DNA of 64,000 nucleotides from Bacteroidota bacterium (GTDB lineage: Bacteria; Bacteroidota; Bacteroidia; JACPRZ01). The notes under the pieces were generated by a model that saw nothing but the letters and a program-made list of their open reading frames with translations, had not been told where the DNA came from and searched no databases. A program made the translations under genes and the position numbers. The stretch spans positions 96,944 through 160,943 of the forward strand of contig JACPRZ010000043.1 in the NCBI GenBank assembly GCA_016193485.1, given 5' to 3'. Shown in pieces: positions 47,324 through 57,976 of this stretch (the stretch's first letter is position 1; the number at the start of each line of letters is the position of its first letter).

Positions 47324-50300
47324 ATGAGGCGATATTTACTTTTTTGTTTATCTGTTCTCAGCACATTTTTGCCCCGTTTTGTATTGGCGCAGGCGGATAA
47401 TTGCAATACCCCCGCCACTACATTAACAGTTTATCCTGCTGTTTGCACTCCTTATTCCGGTTCTACTACTGGCGCAACACCTTCTTCGGGCCCTGCCTCT
47501 ACTTGCGGAAGCACTGATGACGATGTTTGGTTCAGGTACACTACTGCAGCCGGAAGCAGTTACGCATTTTTATATGTTGATCCTGCAAGTTCCGGTTTTG
47601 ATCCTGCTTTCCAGGCATTATCAGGCGCTTGTGGCTCTCAGGCAGTTCAGGCATGTGTTGACGCCTATGCCGGAGGCCAGGGTGAATCAGTAACATTAAC
47701 CGGATTAAGCGGAAGCACTACTTATTATATCCGTGTTTTCAGTTATGGTTCCGGCAGCGGAACAGACGGCTCTTTTACCGCGTGTGTTTTCAATGGAGCG
47801 CCTCCTGCCAATGATGTTTGCGGAGTTGCTACATCAGTTACTCTTACACAAAACGCTACTTGCTCGCCTACAGCCGGAACAACTGCCTGGGCGACTACTT
47901 CTGCAGGCATTCCCGCATGTGTGGGTACTGCCGATGATGATGTTTGGTATAAATTTACCACAGGTGCAGGAGTTACTTATGAAAGAATTGTGGTAGACCC
48001 AACCGGAAGTGGCGGAGCCGATTTAGAGTTTGACCCTGTAGTTCAGGTATTTTCCGGAACATGTGGCGCCTTTGTCAGCATTGCCTGCCAGAATGCAGTT
48101 GGTGCCGGTGGGACTGAAGATTTTTTTGTTAGCGGATTAACAGGCAGTACCACTTATTATGTCAGAGTTTATCACTATGGCTCATGGTATGCGAATAGAA
48201 CCGATGGAGGAAGTTTTGATATTTGTGTGATGGGCGGTTCTCCTCCTGCCAATGATAATTGTGCAGGCGCTCTGGCTCTTCCAACTAATCCCGGTTGTGT
48301 TGTTTTTGGAGGTTCTTCTACCACAACTTTTGCAACACAATCCTCTACGGGTACTCCTTGTTCCGGCTATAGCATTGATGACGATGTATGGTACAGTTTT
48401 GTGGCTATTAATTATACCCATACTCTTACGGTTGACCCAAATTCTGCAATGAATGTGCAGATTCAGGTGTTATCTGGCGCCTGCGGTTCTATTCTCTCTG
48501 AACAATGCCAGGATAATGCAGGGATAGATGGTACCGAAACAATGGTAGTGACCGGATTGACCATCGGCAATACTTATTATGTGAGAATAAGCCATAATGG
48601 AACTTTTTATGGCAGCAATGGTTCTTTTACTATTTGCAATGTGGCGAGCGCTCCCGTTGGAGGTGACGACCTTTGCAATGCAGTTGCATTACCGGCAGTA
48701 ACCTCTGCCTGCACTTATGGAACTTATGATAATTCTTCTATGCCCACCGGCTCAGGCGCGCTACCTGCAGGATGCAGCGAAAGGGCTAATGGATTCAGGA
48801 GACACATGTGGTTTAAGTTTGTTGTTCCAACCGGTGGAAAAGTCAGCATAAATGTAAAAGGTCTTACCGGGAATATTACAAACCCCACTGTGGCCGCTTT
48901 CTCATGGAATGGAGGGGCCTGTGGCACCCTTACTAATTTTACATTACTTTCCTGCAATAATGATTTTTGCAATGTTAATGGGGATTGTAATTACCATTCC
49001 GTACTGAATTTATCCGGATTATCGGTAGGGGCGACCACCTATTTCAAAGTATCTTCCGCTTCAACAGATAATGGAGCCGGAACATTTAAAATATGTGTTT
49101 CAGCGCCACTCAATGACGGTTGTCCTGCACCTCTTTTTGTTTGTGATTTAAATGGTTTTGAAGGCACCACCAGCGCAGGTTATACAATTGATAATGGAGG
49201 TCTTGAAGGATGGAGCGGAGGACCCTATGGTACGGGAGGAACAACCATTGAAAATAATTCATGGCTGCAATTTGAGGCATCTGATGTGAATGCATCCATT
49301 ACAATTACGGTATCTGATTGTTATTTGGATGATGGTGGTGCCGGGGAATATCAATATAATTGTTGTGGCGGTCCAGCCGGTTTTAACGGTGGAGGGCTTC
49401 AGGCGCAAATACTTGCCATGAATGGCGGAAATTGTTCGGGTTCTGCGGGATGGACTGCTATGTCTGTATTTCTAAATGGCATCAATGGTCCTAATTTCGG
49501 ATTAAACGGAACTTATACTGTTACCAACACCTCTGCTCTGACTGTTGGTCAGATTTACTATATTATGTTTGACGGCTTTGCAGGCGATGTTTGTAATTAC
49601 AAAATCAATGCGGCTACAGGTGTCGGCACTACTGTTATTGTAACCCCCCCGAGCAGCACCACTAATATCTGCAGCGGCAGTACGGCTACATTGGCAATTA
49701 ATCCGGTTGGTTCGGGAGGTACGGTAAACTGGAGTTCCTCTCCTTCCGGGTATGTATGCAATAATTGCGGTTCATCAGTGGTTGTTGACCCTGCTGCTTC
49801 TCCTGGCGTTACGGATGGTACAGTAACTTATTATGCTACGGTATCCGGCAATTGCATCACACCGCAAACAGTATCGGCAACTGTGAATGTAGAGCCAACT
49901 CCACCCACTCCAACGGTTGTTGCCGATCCACCCGGTTTTTGCGGGGTTACCAGCGTTTCCATGACCGCCTCTGCTGCCAACGCTACCGATTACGAATGGT
50001 TTGATGCCCTTGTCGGAGGCAATTCATTAGATGTTGGTCCGGTCTTCACTCCGGCAATAACAGATAATCAAATCGGTTCCTATACCGTTTATGTTGCTGC
50101 ATATAACACATCAGGTTCTCCCACTTGTACCACAGTAACGCGAGCCACGAAAACAGTAACCATTAATGCCTGGGATGGAAAAATAAAGTGGACAGGAAAT
50201 GCCCCTGCTGCTACTCCCAACTGGACAAATACTCTTAATTGGGCAGGTTGCACTCCGGGTTGCGCTGATGCCGTTGGTGTAATTATTCCTGACCAAACCA

Positions 50301-51808
50301 CGGTTCCCGGTCCGAATGACTGGCCTGTTATCAGCAGCAGCGTGACCACCGACAGTTTAAAATTAGAACCAAACGGAAAACTGGAATTCATTGGAGGCGC
50401 ATTGAGCATCTGCGGTTCATTCGGACACTTTGGAATAATAACTATTTCAGGTGGTGTGCCGACAATCACTTTTAACGGTACGACAAAACAATTTTATATA
50501 AAAACATCTACCGGCACGGGTGATTTACCTAATGTTGTTATCAACAATGCAGCGGGAGTCAGAGTAGTGGATGGTGCAGGTAATAAGGATATGGATATTG
50601 GAACCGCATACATTTTAACTTTAACAAATGGGATTTTAACTTCCACAAACACCCGGACGGTAAATGTTAAAAACAGCGCTGTTGGCGCAGTTACCGGATT
50701 CGGAACATCTTCTTATGTTGCAGGTCGCCTACAAAGGGCTATTACGGGAGGATTTCCAAAATCTTATGATTTTCCTGTTGGGACTTCCAGCGGTTACGAG
50801 TTGATGAATATTAATTTTACGGCAGGCACCACCATTACAAGCGCAACCGTCTATTTTGAGAAACCATCAAACGCACTGGGCACGGGACTAAGTGCCCTAT
50901 CCGAAGGCGGTGCATCTTTTATTACTACCGTTCCCGGTATTGTCGATGCAGGGGGTGGCACAAACGGAGGATTATGGACGGTATTGGCAAGCGGAGGAGT
51001 TGCCAATTATGATATGACTTTGTATGGCAGAATATATTCTAATGCAGGCGGATTTACCCACACCATTGTAAAAAGGGACCCGTTTTGCCCAGGCAACTGG
51101 ACCCTGTCGGGAACTTATGGCGGCAGTTCGGTTGGCGGAGGAATCATTACCGTAACACGAACCGGAATGAACGGCTTTTCGCAGTTTGGCATTGGCAGGC
51201 ACGATGCGGTATTTCCTATATCCCTGTTATTCTTTAATGCCGTATGCACGAGCAGGGGAATTGAATTATCATGGATAACCGCCAGTGAAATCAATAACGA
51301 TTATTTTACAATTGAAAGAGCAGCCCCCTCCCAACTTCCCCCATCAGGGGAGGGGATGAATTGGACTGTTATCGGAACAGTTAAGGGAGCAGGCAATAGT
51401 TCTACGATTCGCAAATATGAATTTACCGATCCCCTCCCCGATAGGGAGGGTAATGGAGGGGCTTTCTATTATCGCCTTAAACAAACCGACTTTGACGGTA
51501 CCCATGAGTACTTTGATGCCGTACCTGCCGATTGCAATTCGGAAAATGAATTCAAGGTCATTAACATAATACCTAACCCGGCCAAAGACAATATTTACAT
51601 CCTCTTTAGTTCAGGGAAGAAACTCACCGATGTGACAATTGTATTATTTGACGTGCTGGGTAATTATGTGATTAAAGAAAAATTTTTACCTATTGAGGGC
51701 TTTAACAGCAGGGAGGTTGACTTAAGTTTCCTGAATAACGGGGTGTACGTAGTGAATGTAAATAACGGAACAACCAATTTTATTCAGAGAATAGTGAGAC
51801 AGGATTAA
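47324..51808 (+). CDS. giant secreted repeat protein (adhesin-like) with T9SS type A C-terminal sorting domain
   Basis: Signal peptide; about four N-terminal repeats with PPAND(N/V)C...DDDVW(Y/F)...TYY(I/V)RV; C-terminus KVINIIPNPAKDNIYILF...GVYVVNVNNGTTNFIQRIV is a T9SS tail. Confidence 0.8.
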   Translation: MRRYLLFCLSVLSTFLPRFVLAQADNCNTPATTLTVYPAVCTPYSGSTTGATPSSGPASTCGSTDDDVWFRYTTAAGSSYAFLYVDPASSGFDPAFQALSGACGSQAVQACVDAYAGGQGESVTLTGLSGSTTYYIRVFSYGSGSGTDGSFTACVFNGAPPANDVCGVATSVTLTQNATCSPTAGTTAWATTSAGIPACVGTADDDVWYKFTTGAGVTYERIVVDPTGSGGADLEFDPVVQVFSGTCGAFVSIACQNAVGAGGTEDFFVSGLTGSTTYYVRVYHYGSWYANRTDGGSFDICVMGGSPPANDNCAGALALPTNPGCVVFGGSSTTTFATQSSTGTPCSGYSIDDDVWYSFVAINYTHTLTVDPNSAMNVQIQVLSGACGSILSEQCQDNAGIDGTETMVVTGLTIGNTYYVRISHNGTFYGSNGSFTICNVASAPVGGDDLCNAVALPAVTSACTYGTYDNSSMPTGSGALPAGCSERANGFRRHMWFKFVVPTGGKVSINVKGLTGNITNPTVAAFSWNGGACGTLTNFTLLSCNNDFCNVNGDCNYHSVLNLSGLSVGATTYFKVSSASTDNGAGTFKICVSAPLNDGCPAPLFVCDLNGFEGTTSAGYTIDNGGLEGWSGGPYGTGGTTIENNSWLQFEASDVNASITITVSDCYLDDGGAGEYQYNCCGGPAGFNGGGLQAQILAMNGGNCSGSAGWTAMSVFLNGINGPNFGLNGTYTVTNTSALTVGQIYYIMFDGFAGDVCNYKINAATGVGTTVIVTPPSSTTNICSGSTATLAINPVGSGGTVNWSSSPSGYVCNNCGSSVVVDPAASPGVTDGTVTYYATVSGNCITPQTVSATVNVEPTPPTPTVVADPPGFCGVTSVSMTASAANATDYEWFDALVGGNSLDVGPVFTPAITDNQIGSYTVYVAAYNTSGSPTCTTVTRATKTVTINAWDGKIKWTGNAPAATPNWTNTLNWAGCTPGCADAVGVIIPDQTTVPGPNDWPVISSSVTTDSLKLEPNGKLEFIGGALSICGSFGHFGIITISGGVPTITFNGTTKQFYIKTSTGTGDLPNVVINNAAGVRVVDGAGNKDMDIGTAYILTLTNGILTSTNTRTVNVKNSAVGAVTGFGTSSYVAGRLQRAITGGFPKSYDFPVGTSSGYELMNINFTAGTTITSATVYFEKPSNALGTGLSALSEGGASFITTVPGIVDAGGGTNGGLWTVLASGGVANYDMTLYGRIYSNAGGFTHTIVKRDPFCPGNWTLSGTYGGSSVGGGIITVTRTGMNGFSQFGIGRHDAVFPISLLFFNAVCTSRGIELSWITASEINNDYFTIERAAPSQLPPSGEGMNWTVIGTVKGAGNSSTIRKYEFTDPLPDREGNGGAFYYRLKQTDFDGTHEYFDAVPADCNSENEFKVINIIPNPAKDNIYILFSSGKKLTDVTIVLFDVLGNYVIKEKFLPIEGFNSREVDLSFLNNGVYVVNVNNGTTNFIQRIVRQD
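51321..51465 (+). repeat. two GC-rich palindromic mini-insertions lying in-frame inside the adhesin gene
   Basis: ccccctcccaacttcccccatcaggggagggg (51321-51354) and cccctccccgatagggagggtaatggagggg (51429-51465) encode extra residues (APSQLPPSGEGM; PDREGNGGAF) absent from the paralogous module in 39696-41339. Confidence 0.5.
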
Positions 51809-52604
51809 ATGAAACGGATACCATACATAACTATCATTTTACTAACCGCAGCAGGGTTGTGCAGCAATTTCATCATGGCACAAACTTACCTAATTTCTCC
51901 GACTGGCGATGGGGGATTTGAAACCGGAACCACTTTTGCAGCCAACGGATGGACTGCTGTAAATGGTGGTTCAGATAATTGGCAGGTTGGTGGTGCGGCA
52001 GGCGTTCAGGGTGGGGCACGTGCATCTAAATTCCACAACATATACTGCTTCAGGTGCGGCTACTGTGGTGCATTATTACCGTGATATAGCCATTCCTGCA
52101 GGTGCAAATTATGTATATCTTAATTATTACCTGAAATATCCCACCATAGATAACACTTATGATTATTTCTATGTTTATAGAACTACTACAGGCAATACAC
52201 CTGTAGCCGGTACTGTCCCTGGAGCCGGATACACAAACTTGTTTACTAATACAGCCACAACCTATGCTGGTTATACAGCAATGCCACAAGTTGACCTCAC
52301 CGCACTGGCAGGCACAACAGTTCGTTTGGTTTTTACTTTTAAAAATGACGGAGCATCACCATATGCCGACCCTGCTGTTGATAATATCTCACTGACTTAT
52401 TGTAATCCTACTACTTCACTTTCCCCTACGGGTGATGGGGGATTTGAAACCGGAACCACTTTTGCAGCCAACGGATGGACTGCTGTAAATGGTGGTTCAG
52501 ATAATTGGCAGCGCTCCCACCGACCCTGCAAACGGAACTTCCTACACTGCCAATGCCGCTTATGGTTCAGGAACAGCCGTAGGAGGAGGATTTTGCGTGT
52601 ATAA
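51809..52604 (+). pseudogene. 5' part of a giant GEVED-domain adhesin gene disrupted by frameshifts (signal peptide plus MAM/choice-of-anchor-J-like domain)
   Basis: Three overlapping ORFs in different frames; peptide SPTGDGGFETGTTFAANGWTAVNGGSDNWQ encoded twice by a direct repeat (51908-51985 and 52434-52511). Confidence 0.5.
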
Positions 52605-55600
52605 TAGTACAGGCACTTCGGTTGCCATTACTGCATTAACTGCGGGTACTACCTATTATTACAATATCTACGAATATGCCACTGCCGGCACGTGTTATAA
52701 TCTTACCGAGTTAGCCGGCAATGCTGCCACATCAGCCCTTCCTTCAGCAGCAGGGGCAATTTCAGGAACTGCCACTGTTTGCCAGGGAGCAAGTGGTGTG
52801 GCTTATTCCGTAGGAGCAGTCGGGGGCGCCACAAGTTATGGATGGGCATACTCTGGCGCAGGGTACTCTTGTGCGTCTGGTTGTGCTACAAATTCCATCA
52901 CTGCTAATTTTTCCGGTGCTGCTACCTCCGGCAACCTCACCGTTTATGGAATCAATGCCTGCGGCAACGGAACAGCATCAGCCAATTATGCAATCACAGT
53001 AAATTCAATTCCCGGCACAGCCGGAATATCATCGCCTTCCAACGGAGCCACCAATCAATGCTCTGCAAACCCAATCACCTCTTTGAATTGGACTGCCGCA
53101 TCGGGTTCTCCAACGGGTTATAAACTTTATTTCGGAACAGATAATCCGCCAACAAATATTGTAAATGGCACAAATCTGGGAGCAGTATTAACCTATACGC
53201 CTGCCTCATTAAATTCCAACACACTTTATTATTGGAAAATTGTGCCTACCAATGCCTGCGGAGATGCCACAGGCGCTTCTGTTTGGAATTTCACTACCGG
53301 AACGCCATGTTATTGCGCTTCAAACGGTGGTACTTGGACCGATGAATGGCTTGCACGAGTACAAATGAATACAAGTCCGGCACTGGATAATAACAGCGGA
53401 GGACCTCCGGCATCCGGATACACTAATTTTACAGGACTGGGTCCGTACACAGTGAACCCCGGCAGCACTTATAATTTTACAGGAACTGTCGGGTCTTCAG
53501 GTTCATGGAGTGAATATATAAGGGTTTATATTGACTGGAACCAAGATGGCGACTTTATTGACGCGAATGAATCTTACGACATTGGCTCAAGAACAGGCGC
53601 AGGAACAATAGTCAATACAATACTGGTACCCGCAGGCGCAACAGTTGGCGCAACAAGAATGAGAGTTATAGAAAAATATAGCGGATATGCTACGTCATGC
53701 GAACTGTATAGCTATGGCGAAACCGAAGATTATACTATCACAGTTGCAACCGCCTGCACCCCCCCCACCACACAGGCATCCGCATACACTTCAAGTAACC
53801 TTGCCAACACCACTATGACTATTGGCTGGACAAGAGGCAATGGAAACAATATAATGGTAATAGCCCGTGCCGGCAGCGCACCCACCGACCCTACAAACGG
53901 AACATCCTATACTGCTAATGCCAATTATGGTTCCGGAACAGCCGTTGGAGGAGGGTTTTGTGTATATAATGGAACGGGAACTTCTGTAAACCTCACCGGA
54001 CTCACGGCAAATACAATGTACTATTTTGCCCTGTATGAATATAACACAGCAGGCACTTGTTATTATATGACTGAATTAACCGGCAGTACTCAAACAGCCA
54101 ATAACGGTAATGATGTAAATCATCCCGGAGATGGCGGTACTGCTACCTATTACCAATGCTCCGGTAATTATTACGACCCGGGAGGACCGGGGGCGGGAAA
54201 TTATGCCGATAATATTACTGTTTCAACAACTACTTTTTATCCCTCCACTTCCGGAAGCAAAGTATCGCTCTTCTTTACTGTTTTTGATACCGAAAATAAT
54301 TATGACGGACTGATGATATATGACGGACCAAATACCGGCTCACCCCTTATTTCATCAGGATTAGGTGTCGGAAGCAATGCCACCACTTGTCCTGCGGGCT
54401 CATGGCGCGGCACCGGGTCGCCAGGCACCGTAACTTCCACCCATGCCACAGGCGCTTTAACTCTTGTTTTTAGATCCGATGCTTCGGTTAATTCTACCGG
54501 ATGGGCGGCATCTATTTCCTGTATTTCCTCCTGCACCCCGCCCACCACCCAGGCAACCTCCTTTACCTCAAGTTCCATTGCTCAAACTACTATGACCGTT
54601 GGCTGGACAAGGGGCAATGGCAATAATGTAATGGTAATAGCCAAAGCAGGTAGCGCACCCACCGACCCTACAAGCGGTACTTCCTACGCAGCCAATGCCG
54701 CTTATGGTTCAGGAGCAGCAGTAGGCGGTGGATTTTGCGTGTATAACGGTACAGGCACTTCGGTAAATCTCACTGCGCTTAGTTGTCTCAATACCTATTA
54801 TTTTGCTATTTATGAATATGCCACGGCCGGTACTTGTTACAATTTAACAGAATTAACCGGTAGTGCAGCCACCGTTCCTCCCGGTAACCAAACTACTTAC
54901 GGAGCAGGTACATGGATAGGATATGTTTATACATGGTCCGGTTCTCCGGATTTTACACCTGGTAACTATAAGGGATATGTTACCCAGGCAACTACTTTTG
55001 ACAGGAACCCGGCAGATGTAGCGGCTGGAGGAAACATTTGTGGCGGTCCTTATACTGATAATTTCACGATTCGATTTAAAATGAATTATAATTTCCCTGC
55101 AAACAATTATGTTTTCACTATCGGTGGTGATGATGGAGTAAGGTTGAGCGTAGATGGAGGTAGCACATGGATTATTGATGGATGGTCAGACCATGGTTAT
55201 ACTACGTACTCAAATAATCCTTGTGTTATTTTGAATGGTTCTACCAATCTTGTTTTTGAATACTATGAAAATGGTGGAGGCGCCCGTGTTTCCTTTTCAT
55301 ACACAACTGTCGGGGGTAGTTGTTATTGCGCTGCTGATGGCGCTACCTGCGATGAATACATTGGTAATGTAACGGTTGGAAGCATCAATAACAGCACTGC
55401 CTGTACCACTACTCCACAGGGATATGGCGACTATACAGGACAATCTACCGCAATGAATATTGGAACAGGATATTCAATAACTGTTACAAATGGGAATGGT
55501 TATGCAGATGATCAATGCGGCATCTGGGTTGACTGGAACCAGGATGGTGATTTTGCAGATGCCGGTGAAACAATCAGTGTTACGGGTACTCCCGGCTATG

Positions 55601-56619
55601 GTCCCTATACCGCCACCATAACACCTCCCGGAACTGCAACAGCGGGTAATACAAGAATGAGGGTTAGAATCCACTATAATGATGAATCTTCTTCTTCCTG
55701 CGGTTCGGCTGTTTGGGGCGAAGTGGAGGATTATACCATTAATGTTCTTGGTTGCGTGGCTCCAACCACTTCTGCAACTTCCATTACTTTTCCAAGTGTA
55801 CAATGCACGCAAATGAATGTAAGTTGGACAAACGGAAACGGAGGCAGAAGAATAGTGGTTGCCAAAGCAGGAGCAGCGGTTGCCGGAAATCCGGTTGACG
55901 GTACTGATTATGCCGAAAATTCTTCCTTTGGCACGGGAGGTACAATTGCAGCAGGTGAATATGTTGTTTATGACGGCACCGGCTCAGGTTTTACGCTTAC
56001 CAATCTTGCAAGCGGTACAACTTATTATTTCAAAGTGTTTGAGTATAATTGCACAGGGGCAAATATAAAATACCGCACTACTTCTCCGCCCTCTGCCAGT
56101 CAGGCGACCAACTCCCTGCCTGGAACTCCAAGTGTAATTAGCGGTTTGCAAGGTGTTTGTATTTATCAAACCGGAGTTTCTTATTCGGTAACTATTGCCG
56201 GAGCAACGAGTTATACATGGTCGTATTCCGGAACCGGATTCACCAATACATCCGGCAATGTAAATCCTATTGCTGCCGATTTTTCCGCCACGGCCACTTC
56301 AGGCAATTTAACAGTATATGGTACCAGCGCTTGCGGCAACGGACCAACCTCCGCTGCATTGGCAATAACTGTAAATACCACCCCCCCCACCTCTGTTGAT
56401 GCAGGCGAAGACCAGTATATCTGTGCAAATCCCGTTACAATGGCTGCAACCGGCACAGGAACCTGGACTGTATTGAATGGAACCGGTACCATCACTACTC
56501 CGTCAAATCCGACAACTACGGTAACAGTTACCAATCCTTCTACCTCTGTTACTTTCCGGTGGGGAGCCACCAACGGCTGCGGCACATCCTACGATGAAGT
56601 GGTAATTAACAGGCAGTAA
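52489..56619 (+). CDS. giant secreted repeat protein with FN3-like repeats and GEVED domains (main body of the disrupted adhesin gene)
   Basis: Three repeats of GSAPTDP(T)NGTSYTANAxYGSGTAVGGGFCVYNGTGTSV; GEVED-type modules ending YGETEDYTITV and WGEVEDYTINV; ends abruptly (VVINRQ*) without a T9SS tail. Confidence 0.65.
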   Translation: MVVQIIGSAPTDPANGTSYTANAAYGSGTAVGGGFCVYNSTGTSVAITALTAGTTYYYNIYEYATAGTCYNLTELAGNAATSALPSAAGAISGTATVCQGASGVAYSVGAVGGATSYGWAYSGAGYSCASGCATNSITANFSGAATSGNLTVYGINACGNGTASANYAITVNSIPGTAGISSPSNGATNQCSANPITSLNWTAASGSPTGYKLYFGTDNPPTNIVNGTNLGAVLTYTPASLNSNTLYYWKIVPTNACGDATGASVWNFTTGTPCYCASNGGTWTDEWLARVQMNTSPALDNNSGGPPASGYTNFTGLGPYTVNPGSTYNFTGTVGSSGSWSEYIRVYIDWNQDGDFIDANESYDIGSRTGAGTIVNTILVPAGATVGATRMRVIEKYSGYATSCELYSYGETEDYTITVATACTPPTTQASAYTSSNLANTTMTIGWTRGNGNNIMVIARAGSAPTDPTNGTSYTANANYGSGTAVGGGFCVYNGTGTSVNLTGLTANTMYYFALYEYNTAGTCYYMTELTGSTQTANNGNDVNHPGDGGTATYYQCSGNYYDPGGPGAGNYADNITVSTTTFYPSTSGSKVSLFFTVFDTENNYDGLMIYDGPNTGSPLISSGLGVGSNATTCPAGSWRGTGSPGTVTSTHATGALTLVFRSDASVNSTGWAASISCISSCTPPTTQATSFTSSSIAQTTMTVGWTRGNGNNVMVIAKAGSAPTDPTSGTSYAANAAYGSGAAVGGGFCVYNGTGTSVNLTALSCLNTYYFAIYEYATAGTCYNLTELTGSAATVPPGNQTTYGAGTWIGYVYTWSGSPDFTPGNYKGYVTQATTFDRNPADVAAGGNICGGPYTDNFTIRFKMNYNFPANNYVFTIGGDDGVRLSVDGGSTWIIDGWSDHGYTTYSNNPCVILNGSTNLVFEYYENGGGARVSFSYTTVGGSCYCAADGATCDEYIGNVTVGSINNSTACTTTPQGYGDYTGQSTAMNIGTGYSITVTNGNGYADDQCGIWVDWNQDGDFADAGETISVTGTPGYGPYTATITPPGTATAGNTRMRVRIHYNDESSSSCGSAVWGEVEDYTINVLGCVAPTTSATSITFPSVQCTQMNVSWTNGNGGRRIVVAKAGAAVAGNPVDGTDYAENSSFGTGGTIAAGEYVVYDGTGSGFTLTNLASGTTYYFKVFEYNCTGANIKYRTTSPPSASQATNSLPGTPSVISGLQGVCIYQTGVSYSVTIAGATSYTWSYSGTGFTNTSGNVNPIAADFSATATSGNLTVYGTSACGNGPTSAALAITVNTTPPTSVDAGEDQYICANPVTMAATGTGTWTVLNGTGTITTPSNPTTTVTVTNPSTSVTFRWGATNGCGTSYDEVVINRQ

Positions 56620-56656
56620 TTTTGTTTTAAAAAAAGCGATTGATTTAAGTTTATTT

Positions 56657-57682
56657 TTGCAACCTTCCAATCCCAATATGGGCGCTTACATCAAAGCCAT
56701 AAGTTATTACCTGCCTGAAGAAGTTCTTACCAATGCTGATTTAGTGAGGATTTTTCCTCAATTAACTGAAGTTGAAATTTTCAGGGCGACAGGGATTAGG
56801 AAAAGGCATATCACTCCACACGGCATCATTGGTTCTGATCTGGCATATCTAAGCGCCATTAAATTTTTTGATGAACATCCAATAAAAAAAAAAGAGATTG
56901 ATTTTTTACTTTTTTGCACCCATGGATCAGATTATAATGGGCCCTCTTCCGCCTGCATTTTACAAGATAGAATCGGATTGCCGAACCATTGCGGTGCAAT
57001 GGACATTCCTTATGGTTGTACCGGCTTTGTTTATGGAACCGCCATAGCGAAATCATTAATAGAAAGTAACCTCGCAAAAAATGTTTTACTGCTTACCTCA
57101 GATATTCCCACAACGGTTATTCGTCCGGAAAATCATGAGTTAAGGGCAATTTTCGGTGATGGAGCTGCCTGTACCCTTTTTTCCATTTCAAAAAATAATT
57201 CCTCAATAGGTGATTTTGTTTTTGGAACAGATGGCAGGGGTGCGAAAAACCTCATAGTCAGAAATTCAGGAAGACGGGAACCGGTAACTATGGAATATCT
57301 TGAAAAAAATTCGGATGCCGGGGGAATGTTAAACGGAACAATGGAAATGAATGGTGCTGAAATATTTATCTTCGCGGTTAAAGTGGTTCCGACCATGGTA
57401 AAACAGGTGCTGGAAAAAAACAATCTGCAACAGGATGATATTGATTTATTCATATTTCACCAGGCAAGCGGATTTTTATTGGAAATCCTCAGGAAAAAAT
57501 TAAAAATTCCGAAAGAAAATTTTTTTGTTTATCTTGAAAATGTAGGGAATACCGTTTCGGCAACAATACCGATCGCCCTGAAGGAAGCGATTAAGGAAGG
57601 AAAAGCGAAAACGGGCGATAAAATCCTTCTTGCCGGTTTCGGAATCGGATATTCATGGGCAGGAACGGTAATACAATTGTAA
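56657..57682 (+). CDS. 3-oxoacyl-ACP synthase III (FabH-like, KAS III) family protein
   Basis: Active-site Cys context DIPYGCTGFVYG, His in LFIFHQASGF, Asn in LENVGNTVSATIP. Confidence 0.8.
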   Translation: MQPSNPNMGAYIKAISYYLPEEVLTNADLVRIFPQLTEVEIFRATGIRKRHITPHGIIGSDLAYLSAIKFFDEHPIKKKEIDFLLFCTHGSDYNGPSSACILQDRIGLPNHCGAMDIPYGCTGFVYGTAIAKSLIESNLAKNVLLLTSDIPTTVIRPENHELRAIFGDGAACTLFSISKNNSSIGDFVFGTDGRGAKNLIVRNSGRREPVTMEYLEKNSDAGGMLNGTMEMNGAEIFIFAVKVVPTMVKQVLEKNNLQQDDIDLFIFHQASGFLLEILRKKLKIPKENFFVYLENVGNTVSATIPIALKEAIKEGKAKTGDKILLAGFGIGYSWAGTVIQL

Positions 57683-57687
57683 TTCAG

Positions 57688-57945
57688 ATGTCGGACATCA
57701 ATGATTTTATTAAAAAAATTGAAGCGGAATTTGAAGAAATTTCCCCGGGTTCGCTTAACCCGGGAACTAATTTCCGTGAGATGAAGGATTGGAGTTCCAT
57801 GCACGCGCTTATCATCATCGCCCTCATTGATACTGAATATGGCATCTCGCTCAATGGTGAACATATGCGTTCTGTTTCCACCATAAAAGAATTATTTGAT
57901 TTAATCGGTAAAAAAAAAGTAACCCAGCAACATATTAATGACTGA
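57688..57945 (+). CDS. acyl carrier protein-like
   Basis: 85-aa acidic protein; helix II-like region MKDWSSMHALIIIALIDTEYGISL with candidate phosphopantetheine Ser; start taken at internal ATG 5 nt after the KAS III stop. Confidence 0.55.
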   Translation: MSDINDFIKKIEAEFEEISPGSLNPGTNFREMKDWSSMHALIIIALIDTEYGISLNGEHMRSVSTIKELFDLIGKKKVTQQHIND

Positions 57946-57960
57946 AAACTTGCCACTGAT

Positions 57961-57976
57961 CCCGATATCTATCGGG
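57961..57976. repeat. palindrome cccgatatctatcggg just after the ACP gene
   Basis: Identical to 46299-46314. Confidence 0.55.

Noticed and set aside
47733-56585. Many short ORFs in alternative frames within the giant adhesin genes
   Set aside because: Produced by the Gly/Thr/Ala-rich repetitive coding sequence; no motif support.
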